Source: an uncultured Chitinophagaceae bacterium (GTDB lineage Bacteria > Planctomycetota > Planctomycetia > Pirellulales > UBA1268). From it: DNA of 64,000 bases. The notes beneath the pieces were generated by a model. That model ran no database searches and was not told where the DNA came from. It saw only the letters and a list, made by a program, of their open reading frames with translations. A program made the position numbers and the translations under genes. Positions 1 through 9,102 of the stretch are shown piece by piece (positions within the stretch are counted from its first letter, which is position 1; each line of letters starts with the position of its first letter). Location of the stretch: NCBI GenBank assembly GCA_964600785.1, contig CAZRKH010000010.1, forward strand, positions 23,393 to 87,392, read 5' to 3'.

Positions 1-319
1 GGGTCTCGCTGAACACGACGCCGGGGATCGGCGTCTTTGTCACGCCAAACGGGCCGCGATACTCAGTCGGGCTCTCCGGCTTGGGGTTCCACGACTCCTG
101 GGCGGAAATGCCGCCTTGGCAGACGATCTGGATGACGCTCTTGGCGGTGCCTTCCTTCGACTCGTACCACTTCTGCTCACCGCGAGCCTGCTCCATCCTC
201 AGCAGATCGGCCAGCGACAATCCACCGAGGGCCAGCGAGCCTACCTTGAGCACGCCCCGTCGCGACCAGTTGGCTGCCCGATAACCCCGGCAGCCACTCA
301 AATCCACAGACCCGACCAT
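1..319 (-). CDS. DUF1501-family protein, N-terminal part (gene runs off the left edge)
   Basis: Not in the ORF track because it has no stop in the window. Hand translation from ATG 319..317: MVGSVDLSGCRGYRAANWSRRGVLKVGSLALGGLSLADLLRMEQARGEQKWYESKEGTAKSVIQIVCQGGISAQESWNPKPESPTEYRGPFG. It has a Tat-like signal (SRRGVLKVGS) followed by the QGG.S..ESWNPK block typical of planctomycete DUF1501 proteins. Confidence 0.6.
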   Translation of the reverse strand, partial: MVGSVDLSGCRGYRAANWSRRGVLKVGSLALGGLSLADLLRMEQARGEQKWYESKEGTAKSVIQIVCQGGISAQESWNPKPESPTEYRGPFGVTKTPIPGVVFSET

Positions 320-416
320 GTTGATCCTCGACTGAGAAAGGGCCCAACCGAGAAAAATCGGCTGTCGGAAGACCTATGCTTCCCCGCCCCTGTGAACAAA
401 CCAAATCAAGGGCCGG

Positions 417-2069
417 CTACTCATCCGCATCGGATTCCCTGAGCATCCAGGTGCGGTTGCTATAGCAGGATCCGGCGGCCCCGCCGGCAACGATCAGCCG
501 ACCATCGACGACCGCGGCGCATCCCCAGACAAGCTCGCGGGGCAGATCGGGCCCGCTTCGCCACCGGCCCGTGGCCGGATTGAAGATCTGCACCTCGCGG
601 CCGTTGTGGACACCGCGGCCGCCCAGCAGCCAGACCTCGCCTCGATACCCGGCCATCTGGCAGGACCGCGGCGGCCGCGGCACGGGAACCGTTCGCCAGG
701 TGGACGTCTGCGTGTTGAAGACCGCCAGATACTTGTGGGGCACCGCCAGAAAAATCTCATCGCCCAACGCGCAGCCGGCCAGCGGCCCGAAGCCGACGGG
801 CCCATCTGGCTCCTGCCGCCACGACTCCTCGCCGGAGCCGAGACTCTCGAGCTGGCCGGGCCGATCGGTTTCCTCTCGCGGATTGCCCGCCACGTAGACC
901 CGCCCATTGACATGCAACGCGATCGGCATCGGCCGTGGCCGCGCAAGCGGCGGGCCCTCCTTCACGCCGCCCGTGGCCGGATCGACAAGCCAGGACGCGG
1001 CCTGCTCGTGTCGCCGGCCCGCAGCATCGATACGGTCGCCGCCGGCCACCACCAGCCTGCCGCCGACATGGCTCGTGCCGCAGTGCACCAGCGGATGAGG
1101 GAGGGTGGTGACGACGTCCCACCGGCCCCTGCGGGATTCGCTGTCGAAGGTAAACCGAAATACCTCCGCAAAGTCGTGGAGCCTGGCCGGAAACCCGCGG
1201 GCGTTGGTGCGGCCGCCAGCCATGTAGAAGTCGCCGCCAAGCAAATCCCCGGAGAGATCATGGTTGCTGCCCGGCAGGCGGGCAACGAGTTCCCAATTGT
1301 TCTGCCAGGCGTCGGCTTTCGGCCGGCTGGCAAACTCTTGACCACCGGCCGTGACCAACAGCCGCCCATCGCGGTCCGTCGCGACCCGGCTGACTGCTCC
1401 GGTCACCGGTTGACCGGCCACCATCAACGTCCAGACGTTCCACGCATAGTCGGCGGGCTTCCGTTCATCGGCCAGCGTGCAGATGACAAGTAGCCCGGGC
1501 TCGACTGCAACCCGCAGCAGTCCATCGGGGCCGAGTCCGATTGCCTCGATTGCTCCATCCGGAAAGCCCGCCCGACCGCGGGCATCCTCCCAGCCGGCGG
1601 CAGGATCGGGTGGATTGAGCCGGAGCAGCTCCTGCTTTCCCGCGACCCACACGCCGCCTGCCTCGTCGGCCAGTACTGACCGCCACCGGTCTCCGGCTGG
1701 CTGCGGCTCGACCGGCTCCCAGCGGTCGGAACGATCGGCCGGCAGCACGAGCAGTTGCGGCTGCCCCGGAGCGGTGAGGCAATAGTGGTTGTGGGCATGG
1801 TCGTAGGCGGTTGTCAGGGTACCCGTCGGAGGCGGCACCGCTGGCTGTGGATGGTGCAAATCCGCCTTGAATTCCGCAACGCTATGCCTCGTGAGTGCGG
1901 CGGATTCGTCGTAGGTCTCTCCCCAGACGATGCCCGTTTCATCCGCCGCGGTTTCGGCCACGCGGCCTGGTCCGATATTGCTGCCGATCAGCACCGCCAC
2001 GAGCCACACCCACCGGCCCGTAGCCCGGTCCCGGAAACCACTATTCATTTTTACGTTCAGCCTCAGCAT
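417..2069 (-). CDS. Kelch-repeat beta-propeller protein with N-terminal signal/anchor
   Basis: 550-aa ORF. Hydrophobic N-terminus (GRWVWLVAVLIGSNIG). Repeated Kelch-like blocks: GGRLVVAGG, NGRVYVAGN, RGEVWLLGGRG, DGRLIVAGGAAG. Confidence 0.7.
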   Translation of the reverse strand: MLRLNVKMNSGFRDRATGRWVWLVAVLIGSNIGPGRVAETAADETGIVWGETYDESAALTRHSVAEFKADLHHPQPAVPPPTGTLTTAYDHAHNHYCLTAPGQPQLLVLPADRSDRWEPVEPQPAGDRWRSVLADEAGGVWVAGKQELLRLNPPDPAAGWEDARGRAGFPDGAIEAIGLGPDGLLRVAVEPGLLVICTLADERKPADYAWNVWTLMVAGQPVTGAVSRVATDRDGRLLVTAGGQEFASRPKADAWQNNWELVARLPGSNHDLSGDLLGGDFYMAGGRTNARGFPARLHDFAEVFRFTFDSESRRGRWDVVTTLPHPLVHCGTSHVGGRLVVAGGDRIDAAGRRHEQAASWLVDPATGGVKEGPPLARPRPMPIALHVNGRVYVAGNPREETDRPGQLESLGSGEESWRQEPDGPVGFGPLAGCALGDEIFLAVPHKYLAVFNTQTSTWRTVPVPRPPRSCQMAGYRGEVWLLGGRGVHNGREVQIFNPATGRWRSGPDLPRELVWGCAAVVDGRLIVAGGAAGSCYSNRTWMLRESDADE

Positions 2070-2326
2070 TTCGGCGGAAGCTCAGAAGGATTGCCCGTGC
2101 TCTCCGACGCAGAAGCCTCCGCAGAATGAATGAATCGGGAACGGGGAATCCTTACCATTCGCGGCAAGATTGCCGGTTATTTCAGTGGTGTTTGGTCGCT
2201 GCGGCCGGTCGGGAAGCCGGTTCGATCGGGATTCCGCGGCCGAACCGGGGTTTGTTCGCCCGGCTGTTCGTCATAGTTTTCGGAAAATCATCTTGGCCCC
2301 GCCCATCCCGAGGCTTCGTTTTCGTC

Positions 2327-2869
2327 ATGCATGCCAGGTCCGGCCGACCGGCGACCGATGAACATCTGCTCATGGTGCAGCAGTTGTTCGTCAAACACCA
2401 GATGGCAATCCGTTCGTTCGCGATCGGCCTGACCGGCGACTTCACGGCGGCGGAAGACGTCGTGCAGGAGACATTTCTGACCGTGACCAAGAAGGCGGCT
2501 GACTTTCGACCAGACACCAGTTTCCTCTCGTGGGCACTGACAATTGCCCGTCTGAAGGCATATGAAAACAGGCGGGCAACGCGGCGATTTTCTCGTGAGG
2601 TGCTCGAATCGCTCGCGGCGTCCCTGCCGCGGCCTGAGGCTGATCCGTCTGCGAATGCCGATGACCGTATCCGCTGGCTGTTGGAGTGCATCGAAGAACT
2701 CGCCCCGAAGGCGCGGGAAGTCTTGCGGCTGCGTTATTTCGCAGAACACGGTCCCGGTGAGATCGCGGGTCTCCTTGGACGGACGGTCGCGGGAGTCAAC
2801 GCCACGCTCGTGAAATCACGGGAGGCACTGCGGCTGTGCCTGGCCCGAAAACTGGCAACGAACCCATAG
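2327..2869 (+). CDS. ECF-type RNA polymerase sigma factor
   Basis: Region 2 (AEDVVQETFLTVTKKAADFRPDTSFLSWALTIARLKAYE) and region 4 (LRLRYFAEHGPGEIAGLLGRTVAGVNATLVKSREALR). Start moved to the internal ATG at 2327, because the upstream part of the listed ORF looks non-coding. Confidence 0.85.
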   Translation: MHARSGRPATDEHLLMVQQLFVKHQMAIRSFAIGLTGDFTAAEDVVQETFLTVTKKAADFRPDTSFLSWALTIARLKAYENRRATRRFSREVLESLAASLPRPEADPSANADDRIRWLLECIEELAPKAREVLRLRYFAEHGPGEIAGLLGRTVAGVNATLVKSREALRLCLARKLATNP

Positions 2870-2933
2870 ATAGGCAGCATTCCGTCAGGCGGGCACGAAG
2901 CGTGTAATACCGAGGCATTCCAGGAACCGGACG

Positions 2934-3983
2934 ATGTTGGAACCGCGTACAAACGACCTGATTCACGCCTGGGTGGACGGCTGTCTTGATGATGCGGGCT
3001 TCGCCGAACTCGAAGCGACGCTGGCGGCATCGCCGGAGGCCCGCGGCCGCTTCTGGGACGAGGTTCATCTCCACAGTGATCTCTACGAGGCCTTCAAGAC
3101 CCACTTGGCGTCCTCCGCCGATAAGGTTTCGGCCGCGGAAGGTGCTGCGAGCCTTGCCGTGCAGCAGGGTTCTTCCTTCGTGGAGCGTCTTGGACGGCGG
3201 CTGTGGCGGCATGGGGCAGCGATGGTCGTGGCGGCTGCGCTCGTTGCCGGTGGTTGCGGGCTCGGGAGCGTAATCACCTCGCTCTCACTGGCCTATGCTG
3301 GCTGGTCGCCGGCATGGTCGGAGTGCGTCGTGATCCTCGAAGAGGGCTTCGAGACCGGACCTGCTCCCCGCCACGACTTCGTGCCGACTCTGCCTGGATA
3401 TTGGAGCGGTGATGTGACTGCGGTCGTAGGACCGGAACAGGGCGTGCGGCCCAAGTCCGGCCGGCAGATGCTCCGCTTCGTGCAAACAGTTCCGGCGAAC
3501 CAGTCGCCGGCATCCAGTTCGGCCTCCGAGATCTGGCGGCTGGTCGATCTTGAGGCGGTTCGTGGGAAACTTGGTATGAAGGGACCGGGTGTCGATCTCT
3601 TCCTGGAACTGACGGCGACCTTCAACGGCGTTACGCCCTCGTCCGGGCGGGATCCGAAGTGCACGCTCAAGGCTGTAGCGACCGATCTCTCGCCTCCCTT
3701 CACGCAGGCCCTCTGGCTGCAATCGGGTCTGGAGGGCGCCCGACAGAGCGATCCTGGCGGTATCTTCGTGCTCAGCGAGCAGCAGGAACCGCTTGATGCT
3801 GATCCTGGCTCCTGGCAGCGACTCACGATCACGCTGCGTGCGCCGGCTCGGGCGCGATGGCTGCTGCTCTACTGCCTGGCCAGTGACACAAGTCACGCCG
3901 CCCGCGAGTCGGAGCCGCGGCTGGAGGGCCAATACGCCGACGAAATTCATCTTTCTGCCCGGCCGCTTCCGGCGGTGCGGTAG
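2934..3983 (+). CDS. Anti-sigma factor, single-pass membrane protein with ~230-aa extracytoplasmic domain
   Basis: Lies immediately downstream of the ECF sigma gene. The N-terminus (NDLIHAWVDGCLDDAGFAELEATLAASPEARGRFWDEVHLHSDLYEAF) is typical of planctomycete/verrucomicrobial anti-sigma factors. One TM segment (AAMVVAAALVAGGCGLGSVI). Confidence 0.7.
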   Translation: MLEPRTNDLIHAWVDGCLDDAGFAELEATLAASPEARGRFWDEVHLHSDLYEAFKTHLASSADKVSAAEGAASLAVQQGSSFVERLGRRLWRHGAAMVVAAALVAGGCGLGSVITSLSLAYAGWSPAWSECVVILEEGFETGPAPRHDFVPTLPGYWSGDVTAVVGPEQGVRPKSGRQMLRFVQTVPANQSPASSSASEIWRLVDLEAVRGKLGMKGPGVDLFLELTATFNGVTPSSGRDPKCTLKAVATDLSPPFTQALWLQSGLEGARQSDPGGIFVLSEQQEPLDADPGSWQRLTITLRAPARARWLLLYCLASDTSHAARESEPRLEGQYADEIHLSARPLPAVR

Positions 3984-4038
3984 CGTTTTTTCGCGACATG
4001 CCGCCTCGTCGCCCCCCGGACGGGCCCGGAAACGCGGT

Positions 4039-4308
4039 ATCGCGTAACTGCTTTTCTTGAAACGACTTGCTGCCGCTGCATGGGCTTGCATCGGGGCTTT
4101 GGCAGCCGATCGCCGCTGCCGGGTGGATTTCGTTGGTTTGTTCCGCCTGTGCGGCCTCATTGCTTATGGGTCATCGGCGGTGTGGGGTTTTCGCATCCGC
4201 TGGGGGCTTCCGACCGCGATCTTTTCCGATCTCATCTGGGCTTTACCGGTTTTTCCGAGCTTTCTCATAGTCTCCCCGTTTTCCTTGTCTTTTTGTTCGC
4301 GTGTGTTT
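4039..4308 (+). repeat. Copy A of a ~270-nt near-identical leader repeat (partner at 5852-6121)
   Basis: Hand alignment with 5852-6121 at a constant offset of 1813 nt, with no indels and about 13 mismatches. A 79-nt perfectly identical core lies at 4166-4244 and 5979-6057. Confidence 0.9.
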
Positions 4309-4550
4309 TGGTTGTCGCTGCTCGAGCGCGAAACACCAAAGCCATGAACGCATGGCCGAGTGATACAAAAACCATGCCATTCGCCACCCGCACATTCAAC
4401 AGGCCTGATCGAGTCAATGAAGATGGGGAAGACGGGGAGTGGACCAAGGAAAAAATGAAAATGACAAAATGTATTCGTTTCCAGCCTTTCCCGCGGCAAC
4501 GCACGAATGAGTCTTGCGGCAGATGGCATGTCCACCTGTCCCGCTGCTCA

Positions 4551-5555
4551 ATGACTGTTGCCTTGCAATCTTTCACTGTTCTCATCAGCTTTCTTATTGT
4601 CCTGCCTGGTGCTTCAACCAATGCTGAAATCATAACGCATGTCAGCTTTGATGCGGCAGGGATCCCGGTAGACAGCACGGGGAATGTCACTTATTTCAAC
4701 AGCGGTGCCACGTATAGCCAAACAACCGGAGCCATCGGGTCCGGTCGTGATCTTTCCGCGGCGGGCGAGTATGTCGGAATAACGGCTGGCGCCGCCGCAT
4801 TGAATCGCATGGGCGATGTGGACAACGAATCGGGTTTAACAGTCAGTATATGGATCAAGGGCACGTCGACGTCCGGGCAGATTTTTTCCTCGGATGATGG
4901 TCGCACCTTTCAGTTTGAGGCAGCGAGCGATGGTCAAGTTCGGTATCGCATGGCAAACAGCTTTGTGAATGTGCTCAGCGGGCCGCTGAATGCTCCTTTG
5001 GCGAGCTCGGATGGATGGCATCAGATGTTGCTGACGGCGGATTTTGCGAGTACCAGTGAAAACGTGCATGTCTACCTGGACGGCACACTGCTCAGCACTC
5101 TCGATCGGGATTTTGCTGCCAATGGCGAGTTTATTCCAGATGGCGGTTCAAACATCCGATTTAAATTGGGGGTGGACCGCAGGACCCCCACCTACTTGTC
5201 GGGGTCGGCTGACATCTCGTACGACGACATGGCGATTTGGGTCAATCCCTTAACGACGGCGCAGGCGGTATCCCTCTACAATTTAGGCATTACCCAAGGT
5301 TTTTCCGTGAATGCCTACGACGCCCAGCGACTCTGGGACCATTTTAACCTTGGCGCTGGTGCTGGTTCTATTACGGCTGGCAACCAGACCTGGGTCTATA
5401 CTACCGGTCTGACCGGAGATCCCGGTACGTTTGACGGTAGTGCCATCATCCTGGATGAGTTGGGAAATGGTATGGTGGCGGTCCCCGAACCGGGTTCCCT
5501 GGCGATGTTGTTGGTCGGATTAGCCGCGATTGCTCGCACTGCGAAATATCGGTAA
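4551..5555 (+). CDS. Secreted LamG/concanavalin-like domain protein with PEP-CTERM anchor
   Basis: Signal peptide MTVALQSFTVLISFLIVLPGASTNA. LamG-like core (GLTVSIWIKG...WHQMLLTADF...VHVYLDGTLLS...DDMAIW). C-terminal VPEPGSLAMLLVGLAAIARTAKYR. An alternative start at ATG 4455 follows AAGGA. The listed ORF start at 4080 lies inside the repeat and is rejected. Confidence 0.75.
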   Translation: MTVALQSFTVLISFLIVLPGASTNAEIITHVSFDAAGIPVDSTGNVTYFNSGATYSQTTGAIGSGRDLSAAGEYVGITAGAAALNRMGDVDNESGLTVSIWIKGTSTSGQIFSSDDGRTFQFEAASDGQVRYRMANSFVNVLSGPLNAPLASSDGWHQMLLTADFASTSENVHVYLDGTLLSTLDRDFAANGEFIPDGGSNIRFKLGVDRRTPTYLSGSADISYDDMAIWVNPLTTAQAVSLYNLGITQGFSVNAYDAQRLWDHFNLGAGAGSITAGNQTWVYTTGLTGDPGTFDGSAIILDELGNGMVAVPEPGSLAMLLVGLAAIARTAKYR

Positions 5556-5627
5556 TGATGTTCTGTTTTGGAAATTCTGATTCAATCGGTATGAAGGTCG
5601 CATGCCCAGAGGGCAAGGAGACTTTCA

Positions 5628-5747
5628 ATGGCGGCAAGACGACGGAAGAAACACCGTTTCAACGTGCTGGCTGCCAAACTCCGCGACATGGACGCGATAT
5701 GCAACGCCGCCAGGGCTTTCGCGGAAGTACTTCAGGCCCTTGAATGA
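5628..5747 (+). CDS. Possible 39-aa small protein (hypothetical)
   Basis: Below the ORF-track size cutoff. AAGGAG lies 7 nt before the ATG. Translation: MAARRRKKHRFNVLAAKLRDMDAICNAARAFAEVLQALE. There is no other support. Confidence 0.2.
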   Translation: MAARRRKKHRFNVLAAKLRDMDAICNAARAFAEVLQALE

Positions 5748-5851
5748 CGGCGAGTCGATGCTCGAGCGGTGGCAGGCTCAGAAAAGGAGCGTGAGGTGCC
5801 AGTAGGCCAAGCGGCTGGGGCACTTCGAGGATGAGAACCGGCATCGGCGGC

Positions 5852-6121
5852 ATCGCGTAACTGCTTGTCTTGAAACGGCTTGCTGCCGCTGCATGGGCTT
5901 GCCTGGGGGCTTTGGCAACCGATCGCCGCTACCGGGTGGATTTCGTTGGTTTGTTCCGCCTGTGCGGGCTCACTGCCAATGGGTCATCGGCGGTGTGGGG
6001 TTTTCGCATCCGCTGGGGGCTTCCGACCGCGATCTTTTCCGATCTCATCTGGGCTTTTCCGGTTTTTCCGAGCTTTCTCATAGTCTCCCTGTTTTCCTTG
6101 TGTTTTTGTTCGCGTGTGTTT
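5852..6121 (+). repeat. Copy B of the ~270-nt leader repeat (partner at 4039-4308)
   Basis: Same alignment as copy A. This copy ends 6 nt before the ATG (6128) of the second PEP-CTERM gene. Confidence 0.9.
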
Positions 6122-6127
6122 ATCCCC

Positions 6128-7201
6128 ATGAAGATAACGACATTATCCCTCATGGCGCTGTGCCTGGCCGCAACGTCCTTTCCGCTGTCTGCTGCAACTT
6201 GGACCGGAACGATCGCCAATTGGACAGGTGACAGCTGGGGGTTATCCGGTGATTACCCGGGTAGTGCGACATCACCGGATAATACTGGTCTCATCCAGGG
6301 CACCAACGCCAATGTCACCCTTGACACGCAGCTTTCATCACAGCTTGGTACCGTAAGAATCATTGGGAGTTCAACCTTGACCGTCGATACCGGTGGCGAG
6401 ATGGAGCTTGGGGCAAGCACTGAGTTGGATTTTCGTAATGCAACACTGAATGTTTCTGGTGGCAATGTCAGGGTGTTGCACAATGTGACGTTTGGAAGAT
6501 GGAACGGTGCTACTGAAGAATCCCAACTTCACGTAAGTTCCGGGGTCTTTGACTACGGGGCTTCTCCAGGAAGCGGACGGTTATTTAATCTCCGGAACAA
6601 TAGTAATGCAGGAACCGGCAGCATCTCCGTGAGCGGCAGCGGAACCTTCCAGGCATCGAATGGCGGATTGTTTACACATGCAAACTTGAAGGATGTTACG
6701 CTCAGCCTCTCCGGCTCAGCCACCTTCGATCTGGTGGGTGCCAGTGCCAGCTCCACATGGGATATGGCCGGTGATACGGGGATCCCCGGGCTGTCGCATA
6801 CATTATCTGTTTCGGGAAGCTTAGTCACGGCGGAAGCCGGAGGACTGAATGCCTATGCCACGGACAGCGATCAACAGGCCCTCATTAAGTTCATCGCCGA
6901 TGGTTCCGGGTTTAGTACCTTCTCTGTCGGAACCCTCAACCTGAGTGGTGGGGCCAAAGCGGCGGATCTGGAAGTGGATGTGGCCGGATTGGGTGCGGGC
7001 ACTTACGATTTGTTCAGCTACACCACCCTGTCAGGTTCAGCTTTTAACAGCGTGACCATTCTCAAAGGTAATGGAACGATTGATTATGGCACTGGCAGCT
7101 CGGATACAGTATCAATAACGGTCGTTCCCGAGCCTTCGACCCTGGCGTTGTTTGGGATGGCGGGTGCGGCGGCGCTGATTGCCTTCCGCCGTCGATGGTG
7201 A
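6128..7201 (+). CDS. Secreted PEP-CTERM protein, Gly/Ser/Thr-rich (probable beta-helix-like)
   Basis: Signal peptide MKITTLSLMALCLAATSFPLSAA. C-terminal VVPEPSTLALFGMAGAAALIAFRRRW. The listed ORF start at 5870 is within the repeat. Confidence 0.75.
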   Translation: MKITTLSLMALCLAATSFPLSAATWTGTIANWTGDSWGLSGDYPGSATSPDNTGLIQGTNANVTLDTQLSSQLGTVRIIGSSTLTVDTGGEMELGASTELDFRNATLNVSGGNVRVLHNVTFGRWNGATEESQLHVSSGVFDYGASPGSGRLFNLRNNSNAGTGSISVSGSGTFQASNGGLFTHANLKDVTLSLSGSATFDLVGASASSTWDMAGDTGIPGLSHTLSVSGSLVTAEAGGLNAYATDSDQQALIKFIADGSGFSTFSVGTLNLSGGAKAADLEVDVAGLGAGTYDLFSYTTLSGSAFNSVTILKGNGTIDYGTGSSDTVSITVVPEPSTLALFGMAGAAALIAFRRRW

Positions 7202-7592
7202 CCGCTGTCCTGGCGGATTACCCAACCGCTTGCCTTACCCCCGGATGAGAACTCATTTTCCTGAAATTGGCAGAAGAAAATCAGAAGCTGAATACTGGCC
7301 CATCACTCCCGCTCGTTCACCTTTTTCACCGCCGTAGCATGTGATCACGGTCACCAGCTGTGGATCGGACTGGTCGCGAGAGCACTCGGTCCGCCGGGGT
7401 TGTGGCCGGCGACCGGGTTTCTGGGCCTTGTCACTCAGTCGGCTGTGGTGGGGGCCTGCAGTGAGCAATATCGCGGCAGGCTGAAGGAGCGGCACACGTC
7501 TTTTCCACTCGCGGCTGACGGGTCGTTCGTCAGTCGGGAGATAGCCATAAAATCGGTGGCAATGCGGCATGCCGCCGGTTGTGGCGAAACGC

Positions 7593-8945
7593 CTAGGCGT
7601 CTCCGCCGGCGCGGTAGAGGTGGACGTCGTGCTGTGGAAAGGGAATCGACACGCCCTCGGCGTCGAAGGCCTTCTTCACCGCCGCGGTCAGATCCCAGAA
7701 GACATCCCAGTAGTTGGCACCCTTCGTCCAGGGCCGGACGACGAAGTTGACCGACGAGTCGGCCAGTTCATTGAGCTTGATCGTGGGTGCCGGATCGGAA
7801 AGCACCAGCGGATGCTCCTTGACCACCCGCTCGAGAATCGCCTGCGCCTTGTCGATGTCGTCGTCGTAGCCGATCCCGAAGGTGAGGTCGACGCGGCGGG
7901 TGTCGCTGGCGGTGGCGTTGGTGATCGTGTCGCCGCCGATCTTGCCGTTGGGGACGATCATCACCTTGTTGTCGAAAGTGCGGATCGTGGTCGAGAGCAT
8001 GTTCATCGAGTCGACGATCCCGCTCACACCCCCGGCATCGATCACGTCACCCACGTCGAAGGGCCGGTAGGCGAGGATCAGCAGCCCCTGGGCAAAGTTG
8101 GCCAACGTGCCCTGCAGGGCCAGGCCGATGACGAAAGCCGCCCCGCCGATCAGGGCCAGCAGGGGGTTGATGTTGACCTCCAACGCCGAAAGGGCGACCA
8201 CCGTGCCCACCAGCACCGTCGCCTGCCGCACGAAATTGACCAGGAACGTCCGCAGCAGCGACGACGCCCCCCTGACCCTGGCTACGGCCTGGCCGGTCAG
8301 GCTTGCGAGGATCTTGGAGAGGATCCAGAAGCCCGCGAAGATCGCCACGAACTTGATGATGTTCCAGGCCCAGCGGATGCCGCCTTGTTCGGAAAATGCC
8401 CAGTTGTTGAGGGTGGCGATCGCGGCCGAGGCGTCCTTGACGTCGACCTCGAGGCCGCTGACGGCATTGGAATAGAGCCTGAACTCGGCCGGGTCACCCC
8501 CCTTCTTCTCCCATTCGTCGAGCACCGCCCGGAGATGGTCGACGAGGATCGTCCGCTCCTCCTGGAGATTGTTGAGGGTGAGAATCGCGTCCGCCGGAGG
8601 TTCGCGATCAGCGTCATCGCGGGCCTGGGCCGTCTCGATGCGGAGGCTCGAGATCTCGGCGACCTTGGCCTTGAGCTTGTCTCGCCAGGCGGTTGCTTCC
8701 GCGGCAAGTTCCTCCTTGGTCAGGGGCCGCAGCAAGAGCCGCAGTTCGTCGTGGGAGGAGGCCTGCTCGTGGGTCGTTGCCTGCGGTCCCTCGGCATCCT
8801 CGCCGCGGGCGGCTTCGAGGCCGGTGGCAGAGGCAGCCAGCAACATCACGCCCGCTGCCAGCACGCCGGTGAGCCGCGTGCGGCGTGCCGTCAAAGAACG
8901 ATCAATCGCACGATCGAGCCGGGGAGTGGAAGTGCCTGCGACCAC
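7593..8945 (-). CDS. Small-conductance mechanosensitive channel (MscS family)
   Basis: Conserved MscS core: GGAAFVIGLALQGTLANFAQGLLILAYRPFDVGDVIDAGGVSGIVDSMNMLSTTIRTFDNKVMIVPNGKI...RRVDLTFGIGYDDDIDKA. Start set at GTG 8945, preceded by AGGAG with a 7-nt spacer. The exact start is uncertain. Confidence 0.85.
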   Translation of the reverse strand: MVAGTSTPRLDRAIDRSLTARRTRLTGVLAAGVMLLAASATGLEAARGEDAEGPQATTHEQASSHDELRLLLRPLTKEELAAEATAWRDKLKAKVAEISSLRIETAQARDDADREPPADAILTLNNLQEERTILVDHLRAVLDEWEKKGGDPAEFRLYSNAVSGLEVDVKDASAAIATLNNWAFSEQGGIRWAWNIIKFVAIFAGFWILSKILASLTGQAVARVRGASSLLRTFLVNFVRQATVLVGTVVALSALEVNINPLLALIGGAAFVIGLALQGTLANFAQGLLILAYRPFDVGDVIDAGGVSGIVDSMNMLSTTIRTFDNKVMIVPNGKIGGDTITNATASDTRRVDLTFGIGYDDDIDKAQAILERVVKEHPLVLSDPAPTIKLNELADSSVNFVVRPWTKGANYWDVFWDLTAAVKKAFDAEGVSIPFPQHDVHLYRAGGDA

Positions 8946-9102
8946 GTGGATGCTCCTTTGCGTTTCCCAAACGAACGGGTGAATGAGCCGGCGAAAAAAC
9001 AGTGGGGGCTGGAAAGGGCCGGGGATCGTGGGTATCTCACGAGAGCGGGAAATGATTGTCAAGCAACCCTCAGCAGAGCGGCCGGTTTTCGGCCGGAAAA
9101 TC

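Noticed and set aside
4057-4347. Peptide MKRLAAAAWACIGALAADRR... encoded in the 270-nt repeat, and the equivalent N-terminal extension of the 5870-7201 ORF
   Set aside because: It has a TTG start and no SD sequence. Differences between the two copies are mostly non-synonymous. In copy B the frame simply runs into the real signal peptide. The sequence is better explained as non-coding leader.
4039-6121. Diversity-generating retroelement (template/variable repeat pair) as an explanation for the 270-nt repeats
   Set aside because: The mismatches are not adenine-specific (they include T>G, C>G, G>A, T>C and C>T). The repeats lie outside the coding regions of the target genes. No reverse transcriptase gene is present in the window.
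7253-7570. 105-aa minus-strand ORF in the gap between the second PEP-CTERM gene and MscS, and the possibility of a structured RNA there
   Set aside because: The peptide has no recognisable features. I looked for tmRNA, RNase P, SRP and 6S hallmarks in the 390-nt gap and saw none. Only small local hairpins are present (for example CTGACG-N7-CGTCAG).
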